Assembly (NCBI GenBank): GCA_011364975.1 | Contig: RDOE01000046.1 | Coordinates: 1-26,234 of the forward strand | Source of the DNA: Promethearchaeota archaeon | Lineage (GTDB): Archaea; Asgardarchaeota; Lokiarchaeia; Sigyniarchaeales; SOKP01 | Direction: 5' to 3' | DNA: 26,234 nt | Part shown: piece by piece, positions 16,871 through 25,209 of the stretch | How positions within the stretch are numbered: position 1 is the stretch's first letter | Layout of the letters: every line of letters starts with the position of its first letter | The notes under the pieces: model-generated | Told to the model about the DNA's origin: nothing | Database searches by the model: none | The model's input: only the letters and a program-made list of their open reading frames with translations | Made by a program: the position numbers and the translations under genes

Positions 16871-18613
16871 TCAAGGTAGTGCTGTTGGTGGAGGAGAAAT
16901 TCCTTGCGATTTAGCCTTTTTTGCGAAATTTTCATAATATTTTTTAGAAATTTGTTCAAAATAATCATCATATAAGGGAATTCGAAGTTTCTGAAAGTTA
17001 GTTAGCCATATACCCGAAATTAATGCGATTCCCCTTGTTCCCGTGAGTGATTCTAAATCATAAAGTTGAATCCCTCCTCCTAAAGTTTTAGCAGCAACCG
17101 ACTTCTCCTTCTCTGATCTTAATGGTAAATTAATAACGGTGTTCATGTTCGATAAAATAGTATCATCAATAGGAGAATATTGTTGAGAAATAACTTCTAA
17201 TGCCAAATTAAACTTTCGCCCTTGACGTGATATATCTTTAAACACATTATTGTATTTCATCATTTCTGGGCGTAAAATACTAGGGGCTTCTTCTATAGTA
17301 AATATTATTATTGGTAAATCTGATGGATCTTTTACGATATTTCCTGTTTTAAGATACAAATCTTTTATATTTTTTTTATAGTTCTGAAAAAATCCCTTTG
17401 GTAAGGTTTGTTTCAACTTTTGCTCTAATGTGGTAATATCTGTAGACGATTTCAGCGTTTTCCTAATATCAAATAACGTTCTCGCTAAAACACCATTAAA
17501 AAGAAATTGCTCTAGATCAGATATCATAGATGCATTAAAAATAATGACTCCTCCCCTTTCCAGCTTGTTAACAATATCAGCTAATTTACTCGAAGCATTT
17601 GATTGAAACATATCTGAGTATTCTAACCAATGCATTCTTCTTCTTATAGCTGCCATCGTTTTTTCATCATGACCACCAGGAGGTAGATATCCATCTAATA
17701 ATAAGTTTTCAATATAATTCTCAGGATCGCTTCTATATGCAGAAAAGATGGCTCCAACTTGCAGATCATTAAATGTACCTGTAGCAAATAAATCTTCAGG
17801 CTTAATTTCTTGATAGTTGATAATACATGGTTCTGCTAAGCTTTTAATCTCAGAGGGAGGAATTCCTTTATTAGGATAAAGGTAGAACCATGAACCAAAT
17901 AATTGGCTATTAAAATTCACTGCTTTGCAAATATCATATACTCCGAAATTCCTGCATCCGAGAGCATATTCATCATGCATATCAATTGCAAGCATAGAGA
18001 TTTTAGTTCCCTTATTACTCAAAATTACGTTAGCATTATGTTGCAATAAACCATCAATAAAAACCTGATTTAAATTTGACTTTCCCATACCTGTAGCCCC
18101 TGCAATAAAAAAATGGTACATTAAGTATTTATAAGGAAAATTAACTTGGACTTTACGCTGGGAAGCTAAGTAACCCATGAAGATACCATCTGGAGGGAAA
18201 ATATGCGCGATATACTTATAAATATCATTTTGATCATCAGAAATTTTCATTAAATGTGGTTTAATTATTTGCTTTTCCATCAAATCTTCAATTTCAAAAA
18301 AGACATTTGTAATATATTCTTCTTCTTTTGAACTTTTTTTATTTTTTTTAATAAAGATTATCGGTCGTCCTTGGATTACGTATTCTAATTCTGTTTCTAA
18401 TTCTGCTTTAATATAGTCTGTAATTTGAACATTTTTTAATTTCTGACGAGTGATAATATAATCTGCGATGGTTTGTTCATTAAGTATTTGAGTAATAATT
18501 ATATAGATATTCTCATCACTTTCTGCTTCAAGCTTAATAAATCCATGCAGATGTACGTAATTCTTATAAAAAATCTCTATTGTACTTTCTATAGAATTGA
18601 TTTTTATAATCAT
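16871..18613 (-). CDS. herA: HerA/FtsK-family ATPase (bipolar helicase/translocase HerA)
   Basis: 'HFFIAGATGMGKS', 'IDMHDEY', Walker B 'FTIEEAP', arginine finger 'RQGRKF', 'ISQ', 'ILSNMNT'; first gene of the repair operon. Confidence 0.9.
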   Translation of the reverse strand: MIIKINSIESTIEIFYKNYVHLHGFIKLEAESDENIYIIITQILNEQTIADYIITRQKLKNVQITDYIKAELETELEYVIQGRPIIFIKKNKKSSKEEEYITNVFFEIEDLMEKQIIKPHLMKISDDQNDIYKYIAHIFPPDGIFMGYLASQRKVQVNFPYKYLMYHFFIAGATGMGKSNLNQVFIDGLLQHNANVILSNKGTKISMLAIDMHDEYALGCRNFGVYDICKAVNFNSQLFGSWFYLYPNKGIPPSEIKSLAEPCIINYQEIKPEDLFATGTFNDLQVGAIFSAYRSDPENYIENLLLDGYLPPGGHDEKTMAAIRRRMHWLEYSDMFQSNASSKLADIVNKLERGGVIIFNASMISDLEQFLFNGVLARTLFDIRKTLKSSTDITTLEQKLKQTLPKGFFQNYKKNIKDLYLKTGNIVKDPSDLPIIIFTIEEAPSILRPEMMKYNNVFKDISRQGRKFNLALEVISQQYSPIDDTILSNMNTVINLPLRSEKEKSVAAKTLGGGIQLYDLESLTGTRGIALISGIWLTNFQKLRIPLYDDYFEQISKKYYENFAKKAKSQGISPPPTALP

Positions 18614-18770
18614 TTAGTTCTTCCCTAGTTTTTAGTTAAGTTTTAATATTATATTAATCCCGCTAATTTAAATAAAAAATCTATTAACCACTAGCTAGAA
18701 GTATTTTTGATCTTTTGAGAATAATAACCCTCTTCATTTTTAAAATTCTTAGACTTTAGTAGTTTAATAG

Positions 18771-18834
18771 TTTATATAATAGATATTCAAGAAAAATATA
18801 CTTTTTTCTTTAAGTCCTTTCATTTATATATATG
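18771..18834. promoter_or_regulatory. Candidate TATA boxes in the divergent herA / 18888 intergenic region
   Basis: TTTATATA at 18771-18778 and 18823-18830; weak evidence in such AT-rich DNA. Confidence 0.3.
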
Positions 18835-18887
18835 GATTTTCATATAATACTTGAAACCCCTTAAATTAGAGGATAATATTTAGACAA

Positions 18888-19418
18888 ATGAGCCAAGGCT
18901 TTATTTTCTTATTATCAGTTGTTATATTAAGCGTTTTAATTATATTCTTAATTTATAGAATAATTAGAAAAAAAGCATATAAAGAAAGAGCAAAAGAAGA
19001 ATCTACTTACCCTAACAGTTTTAAATGCATAGATGGGCATGTAGTTCGCTCGAAAGGAGAACTAATAATAGATAATTATCTCTATTTAATTGGATTAAAC
19101 CATGTTTACGAAAAAAAATTAAAAACTGCTTTTGGAACAATTAAACCTGATTGGTATTTACCAGAATATAATATTTTTATTGAATATTGGGGCTTTTCCG
19201 GGAAGAGATATGAACAGAGAAAAAAAGAAAAATTAAATATTTACAAAAAAGCTAAGTTTCGAGTAATTTCCGTTGAGAACTTTATGTTTAATGATATATA
19301 TACAAATTTGGGAAGAAAATTAGGAAAATTAATTTGTATGAAGAAAAATAATCTCTCTTTTAAAATGAAAAAGTTTTGTCCTAGTTGTGGACTAGTGCTT
19401 GATGAGAGATTTCTATAG
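18888..19418 (+). CDS. Membrane-anchored PD-(D/E)xK-like nuclease-domain protein with terminal CxxC
   Basis: N-terminal TM then basic patch; 'DGHVVRSKGELIIDNYL...HVYEK...KPDWYL...IFIEYWG...Y..RKKEK...Y'; C-terminal 'FCPSCG'; GGAGG upstream. Confidence 0.72.
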   Translation: MSQGFIFLLSVVILSVLIIFLIYRIIRKKAYKERAKEESTYPNSFKCIDGHVVRSKGELIIDNYLYLIGLNHVYEKKLKTAFGTIKPDWYLPEYNIFIEYWGFSGKRYEQRKKEKLNIYKKAKFRVISVENFMFNDIYTNLGRKLGKLICMKKNNLSFKMKKFCPSCGLVLDERFL

Positions 19419-19429
19419 ATTCTCTAAAA

Positions 19430-20614
19430 TTATTTTATAAAATTTTCTATCTCATTATACACTTTTTCTAGAATTTGCTCATTTGGTAATATAGTAAGTC
19501 TAATATGCCCTTTTCCATAGTCTCCAAAACCAGAGCCATATACCGTACACACACCAGTCTCTTTTAATAGCTCAATTGCGAAATCTTTATCGTTCTTCCA
19601 CTTTTTTAAGCCTTCTAAATCTAATCTTGGGAAGATATAAAATGCTCCATTTGGTTTAACGCAATCGAGGCCTTCTATTTGACGGATTCGTTTATAGGAA
19701 TAATCTCGTCGCTCTCTAAGCTTTCGTACCATTTGAATTGTATGATCACTGGGTGTCTTTAATATATCAATAGCAGCAAATTGAGCTATTGAACTAGCTG
19801 ATAATCGGGCTCTAGCGAGTTTTTTAATTCCATTCTTAAGTTCTTCCAGTTTATTATTAGGATCGTGATAATAAAGATATCCTAAACGCCACCCTGTAAC
19901 TAAGTGAGTTTTTGAAAATCCATTTAGTCCAATTATCGGTACATCTTTACTTAAAGATGCCGGGCATACGTAGGGTTTATCAAAAGTAATTTGATCATAA
20001 ATTTCATCTGATAATATAAATAAGTTATGTTCCCCGGCCAAATTTATAATTTCTTTTACCTTTTTTTCATTATATAACACGCCTGTCGGATTATTAGGTG
20101 AACAGATGAGTATCGCTTGAGTTTTATCAGTAATTTTTTTTCTTAAATCATCAATGTTCGGTTCCCATCCTTCTGCCTCATTAAGTTCGTATTCTACTGG
20201 TTTACCATCAAAAAAGTTTGTATAATTAATATATAGTGGGTAAGAAGGTCCTGGAATCAATAGTTCTTTATTATCTTCAATCAAACTAGCTATGATAAAG
20301 TGGATTGCTTCGGTAACCCCTGAAGTAATAAGAATGTCTTCTGCATTAACATTTAAATTATTTCTTGTCTTTAACAATCCACTAATTTCTTTTCTTAATT
20401 CAATTACTCCTAAGGAATCTACATAATAATTTTTCCCATTTTTACTCGCATTAGCTAAAGCTGAAGAAAAAAATTCTGGAGTCTTAAAATCAAATTGAAC
20501 AGGATCTCCTATATTTAAATTATATATCGTTTTACCAGTTTTAGCAACCTCGCTTGCAACAGCAGCAATTTCTCTAATTGCATATTCCACACCTTTTACT
20601 CTTTTTGTAAGCAT
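19430..20614 (-). CDS. PLP-dependent aminotransferase class I/II (alanine aminotransferase-like)
   Basis: 'VEYAIR', 'LNIGDP', 'PNNPTG', 'SDEIYD', 'NGFSKTHLVTGWRLGY', 'GAFY'. Confidence 0.93.
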   Translation of the reverse strand: MLTKRVKGVEYAIREIAAVASEVAKTGKTIYNLNIGDPVQFDFKTPEFFSSALANASKNGKNYYVDSLGVIELRKEISGLLKTRNNLNVNAEDILITSGVTEAIHFIIASLIEDNKELLIPGPSYPLYINYTNFFDGKPVEYELNEAEGWEPNIDDLRKKITDKTQAILICSPNNPTGVLYNEKKVKEIINLAGEHNLFILSDEIYDQITFDKPYVCPASLSKDVPIIGLNGFSKTHLVTGWRLGYLYYHDPNNKLEELKNGIKKLARARLSASSIAQFAAIDILKTPSDHTIQMVRKLRERRDYSYKRIRQIEGLDCVKPNGAFYIFPRLDLEGLKKWKNDKDFAIELLKETGVCTVYGSGFGDYGKGHIRLTILPNEQILEKVYNEIENFIK

Positions 20615-20757
20615 TTAATCACTTTAAAATCATTTGAATGAATTAACATTAGAAATTTAGGTTAAATAATATGTGATAATAAATAAGTTTCTCTTTGCTC
20701 TAAAATTGCTAAGGTGAATATATATTGTAAGAAGTTTATTAAGAAAAATACTAAATT

Positions 20758-21126
20758 TTAGAATTGATATTCTCTATTCCTTAGTTTTGAGACAAGATGA
20801 CCTCTCGAAAGTAATTGTATCCCAAATTGAGAGGAATAATCTCTTGAGAAATCAGTTGCGATATTACATATCATAATTCCTCCTTCTATATCTGGTATAT
20901 CAATACAGGCTTTATGAAGTTGACGCAACTGAGTGATTGAAATCTCACGCTTCCAATCACGGATAAAAACCCCGTAATTCCCGTATTTTTCATCCTTAAT
21001 TATTGCATTGAAGGTCCACGTTTTTCCCGATTGACCCCGTAATTTTTGTGGACCGATAACGAAATCGTATTTTTCAGAAAAAACTCTTTGGGCTAATTCT
21101 GTTAAACCTTTCTCTCCTAAAGACAT
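20758..21126 (-). CDS. Mrr-like restriction-endonuclease-fold protein, catalytically degenerate
   Basis: 'LRGQSGKTWTFNAII', 'GVFIRDWKREISITQLRQL', 'GGIMIC', 'GIQLLSRGHL' follow the Mrr_cat layout. Confidence 0.6.
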   Translation of the reverse strand: MSLGEKGLTELAQRVFSEKYDFVIGPQKLRGQSGKTWTFNAIIKDEKYGNYGVFIRDWKREISITQLRQLHKACIDIPDIEGGIMICNIATDFSRDYSSQFGIQLLSRGHLVSKLRNREYQF

Positions 21127-21313
21127 GATATCACATTAATTTTTATTTAAATATATTTCTTAGGTAATATTTAAATGTTATTTAGATAACTATCTTGAAG
21201 AATCATAAAAATAAGTAATACGGAGGTAATATCTTCAAAATCTACGCTATTTCATTTTAAATTATAAAACCATATATGCCGACAAAAAAGATTGATAAAC
21301 ATTATACCTTAAT

Positions 21314-22165
21314 TTAAACACTTAATTTAGTGAAATTAATAAGTTTAAGTAAGGTATACTCTCCTTCTGGGTCTTGACCATTTTGTAATATGAATTTATA
21401 AAGTGAATTGGCTATAAAATTAAAAAGTTTATTAATTATAGGTTCGCAAATGGAATTACACTCAAAATAATTATCTGGAAGAAAGTTACATCTCGGATTA
21501 TATGTTATACAAAACCTTTTCATTTGAAGAGACATTCCATCAGCCAGTAAAGTATCTAAATAATCCCACTTATCAATAATTCCTGCCAATTCACTGGGTT
21601 TAATACTTTTTAGTTTATTTAATAAATTAAAACAACCATCCTCTTCCTTAATTTGACGAGATGACTTTACACGGGTATTAATTTTTTTTAATTCATCTTT
21701 AGCTTCAAGTTTACAAAGAAATACGTATTTTTGCAAAATTTTTTCAGCTTTAATTGCGTCCGATGTATCTTTTATTGTCCAACCAGACATCTTCTTACAA
21801 CGTATTCTCTCATCAGTTAAATTTGAAAACCCTGTTGGATATATCCAACATTGAGGTGGCTTTATTCCAGAATTATGAACTGAACATCCATTAATCTTCC
21901 TATCAAAGAGGAAACATTTTCCGGTTATTTCATTGAATCTTAAATGAAATGCAAAATTATCACTTCTATTAAAATCCTCTATACTTGCATAACCTCTTTT
22001 TACATATTCTTCCGCAAGTACTTTTGGGACATCGATTTTAATTGAACAACAATCTCCCTTACAATTTTTAGGATCTGTACAATTAGGCCCCTCAATTGCG
22101 GATTTCATTAATGAATTGAACTGAGTAATAAGTTGCCAGAAAAGTAAATTCTCTCGATTATGCAA
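21314..22165 (-). CDS. YkgJ/CxxCxxCC-family Cys-cluster (Zn/Fe-binding) protein with extra C-terminal Cys cluster
   Basis: 'C..PKNCKGDCC', 'CFLFD....CSVH...KPPQCWIYP', later 'C......C.......ECNSIC'. Confidence 0.7.
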   Translation of the reverse strand: MHNRENLLFWQLITQFNSLMKSAIEGPNCTDPKNCKGDCCSIKIDVPKVLAEEYVKRGYASIEDFNRSDNFAFHLRFNEITGKCFLFDRKINGCSVHNSGIKPPQCWIYPTGFSNLTDERIRCKKMSGWTIKDTSDAIKAEKILQKYVFLCKLEAKDELKKINTRVKSSRQIKEEDGCFNLLNKLKSIKPSELAGIIDKWDYLDTLLADGMSLQMKRFCITYNPRCNFLPDNYFECNSICEPIINKLFNFIANSLYKFILQNGQDPEGEYTLLKLINFTKLSV

Positions 22166-22299
22166 GATAATTAATAGATCATCACTTTATTTAAAAAACT
22201 CTTTCTTTCCTTAAGTTTATATTATTAAAATGTTTTGCTTAATTAATAATTTATTTACTAGAAATGAATCAAAATGGATAATTAACGGTTTTTGGTAAA

Positions 22300-23292
22300 G
22301 TGCCAGACTTAATCATTATCGATATCACGGAAAATGAAAAAATACTGTTAGACGAATCATTAAATAAAAAAGAAATTAAAGGTAGTGGCAGGATCACCAT
22401 AAAAAACCCATCGAAAGAAAGTAAATTATGGAATTTAGGATGTGACTTAAAAGAAACGGTGCATACAACAATTAATACAAGAGAGATTAATATTGGAACC
22501 CTAAATCCAAGTCAAGAGTATATAATGAATTATGATATACAGAATCTGAAAGAACCCTCTTTAAAAATTATTGAAAGCTTTTATTCTAATAAAGAACTTA
22601 TAGATAAAGTAACTAATATCTCTCTTTTTAAACCAGATACCGACTATAAGTTACAGCTTAATTTAATCAATCTTCGTAAACATCCAATATCAAATGTAAA
22701 TATTACAAGAAATTTACCAGAAATTTTTCAAGATATTGAAGTAAAAACCCCTACTATAGGATTTGCTAGTATAAATGTGAATGATGGAATAAAAATCTTA
22801 AATTGGGATATTACTATATTAGAACCCGAACAAAAGGCTGAACTAGAAATTACTTTAAAGGTAAAATTTACTAATATAGAATCTTTTTCTCTTGGTTCAT
22901 TAAAGGGGACGTATTTAATTAATAACTTCAAATTAACGCTATTAAATCCCGAAATAAGAGGTTTAACGGATTCAATTTCTCGAATTCATCGTACTGAGAC
23001 CTCTCAACCTGATATATGGAATTGCAGTGTGGATTTTATTAATAAATCTAACTTTCAAATAAGAATTGAAGAAGTAAAAGTATCTCAAGAAGTAGAATCA
23101 GGAGGGAAAATAGTAGTATCTCAGACTCCAAATCGCTTACTTAATCCAGAAGAATCCTGGAATTATGATTTTACGGTTGAGAGCGAAAATGTTCCAGAAT
23201 TAAATTCAACAGTTGAATTTACACCTTTATATGCTGTTATAACGAGAGTTAAGGGAGAGATCGTAAAAGAATCTAGGATTTATTCCAGATAA
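22300..23292 (+). CDS. Cytoplasmic all-beta protein, candidate mu-homology-domain (adaptin/coatomer) relative
   Basis: No signal peptide or TM; alternating beta pattern; repeated 'W/I...L.P.(Q/E)' strands; segments resemble the AP mu C-terminal domain (see findings). The ORF is solid, the function tentative. Confidence 0.5.
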   Translation: MPDLIIIDITENEKILLDESLNKKEIKGSGRITIKNPSKESKLWNLGCDLKETVHTTINTREINIGTLNPSQEYIMNYDIQNLKEPSLKIIESFYSNKELIDKVTNISLFKPDTDYKLQLNLINLRKHPISNVNITRNLPEIFQDIEVKTPTIGFASINVNDGIKILNWDITILEPEQKAELEITLKVKFTNIESFSLGSLKGTYLINNFKLTLLNPEIRGLTDSISRIHRTETSQPDIWNCSVDFINKSNFQIRIEEVKVSQEVESGGKIVVSQTPNRLLNPEESWNYDFTVESENVPELNSTVEFTPLYAVITRVKGEIVKESRIYSR

Positions 23293-23464
23293 AGTGTTGA
23301 AATAAATAAACCCTATTCTTTAATTCTCTTCCTCATGTATATTTTTTATCTTCTATGAAATCACAATAATTATTAAACTGAAGTTCATAAATAATTCTAG
23401 ACGTTAGTTTTGGATTTAATTTTAAATCGATTATACCAGAAATATTTCGAATAAATAATTTAGT

Positions 23465-24541
23465 ATGAATGCTTACGAAAGATATCTAGCCGTTTTTGAT
23501 GATCAGAAGCGAAAAAAGATAGATCGTGTTCCTCTTCATGTTCAATATATACGTGAGGAGTTTATTGAGAAAAATAAGAGTGAATTAATGAATAATTACT
23601 CTGGAATATTATATCGGAATTATTATTATGATATTCCTATGATTTTAGGTTTTGACTCCATATTTGCTCCATTCCCTTCTAGTTATAAAATTAAACCCAT
23701 TAAAATTCGGAAAAATACATCTGTAACTCTTAAAATTGGAGAAAATGGGCAATCAACTAAGCATAATACTGAATATTATGAGGGGGGGTATATAAAAACA
23801 CTAGAAATACTTGAAAACTTAGAATCAAACTTAAAATTAGTCGATTCTACCGAACAAATTCAGAAGGTAATACGATATTATGAAAAAATATCATCAAAAA
23901 TCTTTCCAATTCTAATGGTCGATGGAATATTTGACCGGGTCTGGAAAGCAATGGGAATGATAGAATTTAGTAGACATTATAGAAATTGCTCAAAGTTGTA
24001 TAAGAAATTGATCAATTTCTATGCCAAGTTAACAAAGATAAACATTGAAGGATTAATAAATGCTACAGGAAATTCTGGAAAAGTTATTACTATTTTGGAT
24101 GATGTTGCATATAAAGGGCGTACAATGATCCCACCAACACGTTGGCAAATTGATTTCTGTCCGAATTATAAAGAAATTACCTCATTGATTAAGGATGCCG
24201 GAATGATCCCTCAACTACATACAGACGGAGACGTAACTGATTTAATCTCATCATTTATTGATGCAGGTTTTCTGGGTCTTCAAGGATTTGAAGGTGGGTG
24301 TGATCCTTATTACATCAATGATAATTTTCCAGAGTTTGTTATAATAGGTTTTGGAGATGTTTCTTATGTATTACCATATGGTTCTACTAAAGAAATTGAA
24401 GATCATGTGAGATATTTAATGGGTGCCTTAAAAGAAAATAGACATTTTATAATTGGACCAAGCACTGTCATTTTTAAAGAAATTTCCTTAAAAAATGTGA
24501 AATTCTTTATCGAAATTTGTAAAAAAGTAGGCACTTATTAA
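23465..24541 (+). CDS. Uroporphyrinogen decarboxylase / MtaA-CmuA methyltransferase superfamily protein
   Basis: 'MNAYER...IDRVP', 'ILDDVAYK', 'QLHTDGDV', 'LPYGSTKEI', 'FIIGPS...NV'. Confidence 0.82.
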   Translation: MNAYERYLAVFDDQKRKKIDRVPLHVQYIREEFIEKNKSELMNNYSGILYRNYYYDIPMILGFDSIFAPFPSSYKIKPIKIRKNTSVTLKIGENGQSTKHNTEYYEGGYIKTLEILENLESNLKLVDSTEQIQKVIRYYEKISSKIFPILMVDGIFDRVWKAMGMIEFSRHYRNCSKLYKKLINFYAKLTKINIEGLINATGNSGKVITILDDVAYKGRTMIPPTRWQIDFCPNYKEITSLIKDAGMIPQLHTDGDVTDLISSFIDAGFLGLQGFEGGCDPYYINDNFPEFVIIGFGDVSYVLPYGSTKEIEDHVRYLMGALKENRHFIIGPSTVIFKEISLKNVKFFIEICKKVGTY

Positions 24542-24685
24542 TTCATTCTACAAAATATCCTTATTTTAACTACTTATTTATAGTTTTGATTAATAATAAT
24601 ATTTTATAAACCAAATTATCAAATAAATAACAATATACAAGAAATATAAGAAATTATAATTGAAAAAAAATCAGGAGGTTATTTA

Positions 24686-25201
24686 ATTACGGGAAAGAAG
24701 ATTGCATTATTAGCAACTGATGGATTTGAAGACGCAGAACTTATATATCCAATGTATAGACTGATTGAGGCAGGTTATGAAATAGAACTAATTAGTTTGC
24801 ATCGTAGAGAAATTATAGGAAAACATGGATACCCTTTAAAACCTCATAAGTTAATAAAGGAGGTAACACCAGATGATTATGACGGAGTCATTATTCCAGG
24901 TGGGACTAAAAACCCGGATTATTTAAGAAGAGAACCAGATATTTTAAATTTTGTCTCTAAAATAAATAGACAAGGGAAATTAGTAGGAGCCGTATGTCAT
25001 GCGGGATGGGTATTAATTTCTGCAAAGATTATAAAGGATCGGAAAGCTACTGCCTATTTTGCCATTAAAGATGATATGATAAACGCGGGAGCTAACTTTG
25101 AAGATAATGAGGTAGTTATTGATAACAATCTAATTACGTCACGCATGCCAGCAGATTTACCTGAATTTATGAAGGCAGTATTGAAATTTTTAAAAAATTA
25201 A
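24686..25201 (+). CDS. pfpI: PfpI/DJ-1 family intracellular protease/deglycase
   Basis: 'IIPGG', nucleophile 'AVCHAG', 'DNNLITSR.P.DL'. The conserved N-terminus 'KKIALLATDGFEDAELIYP' lies upstream of ATG 24752, implying start at ATT 24686 behind GGAGGT. Confidence 0.92.
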   Translation: MTGKKIALLATDGFEDAELIYPMYRLIEAGYEIELISLHRREIIGKHGYPLKPHKLIKEVTPDDYDGVIIPGGTKNPDYLRREPDILNFVSKINRQGKLVGAVCHAGWVLISAKIIKDRKATAYFAIKDDMINAGANFEDNEVVIDNNLITSRMPADLPEFMKAVLKFLKN

Positions 25202-25209
25202 TTATTTTC

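Noticed and set aside
21195-21267. GGAGGT plus TTGAAGA/TCTTCAA inverted repeat in an intergenic gap
   Set aside because: Only very short frames follow the SD-like motif, and the 7-bp repeat is not significant.
22728-22931. 67-aa - strand ORF
   Set aside because: Antisense shadow within 22300-23292.
23290-23322. In-frame continuation SVEINKPYS* after the stop of 22300-23292 (truncated longer ancestor?)
   Set aside because: Only nine codons; cannot be supported without homologues.
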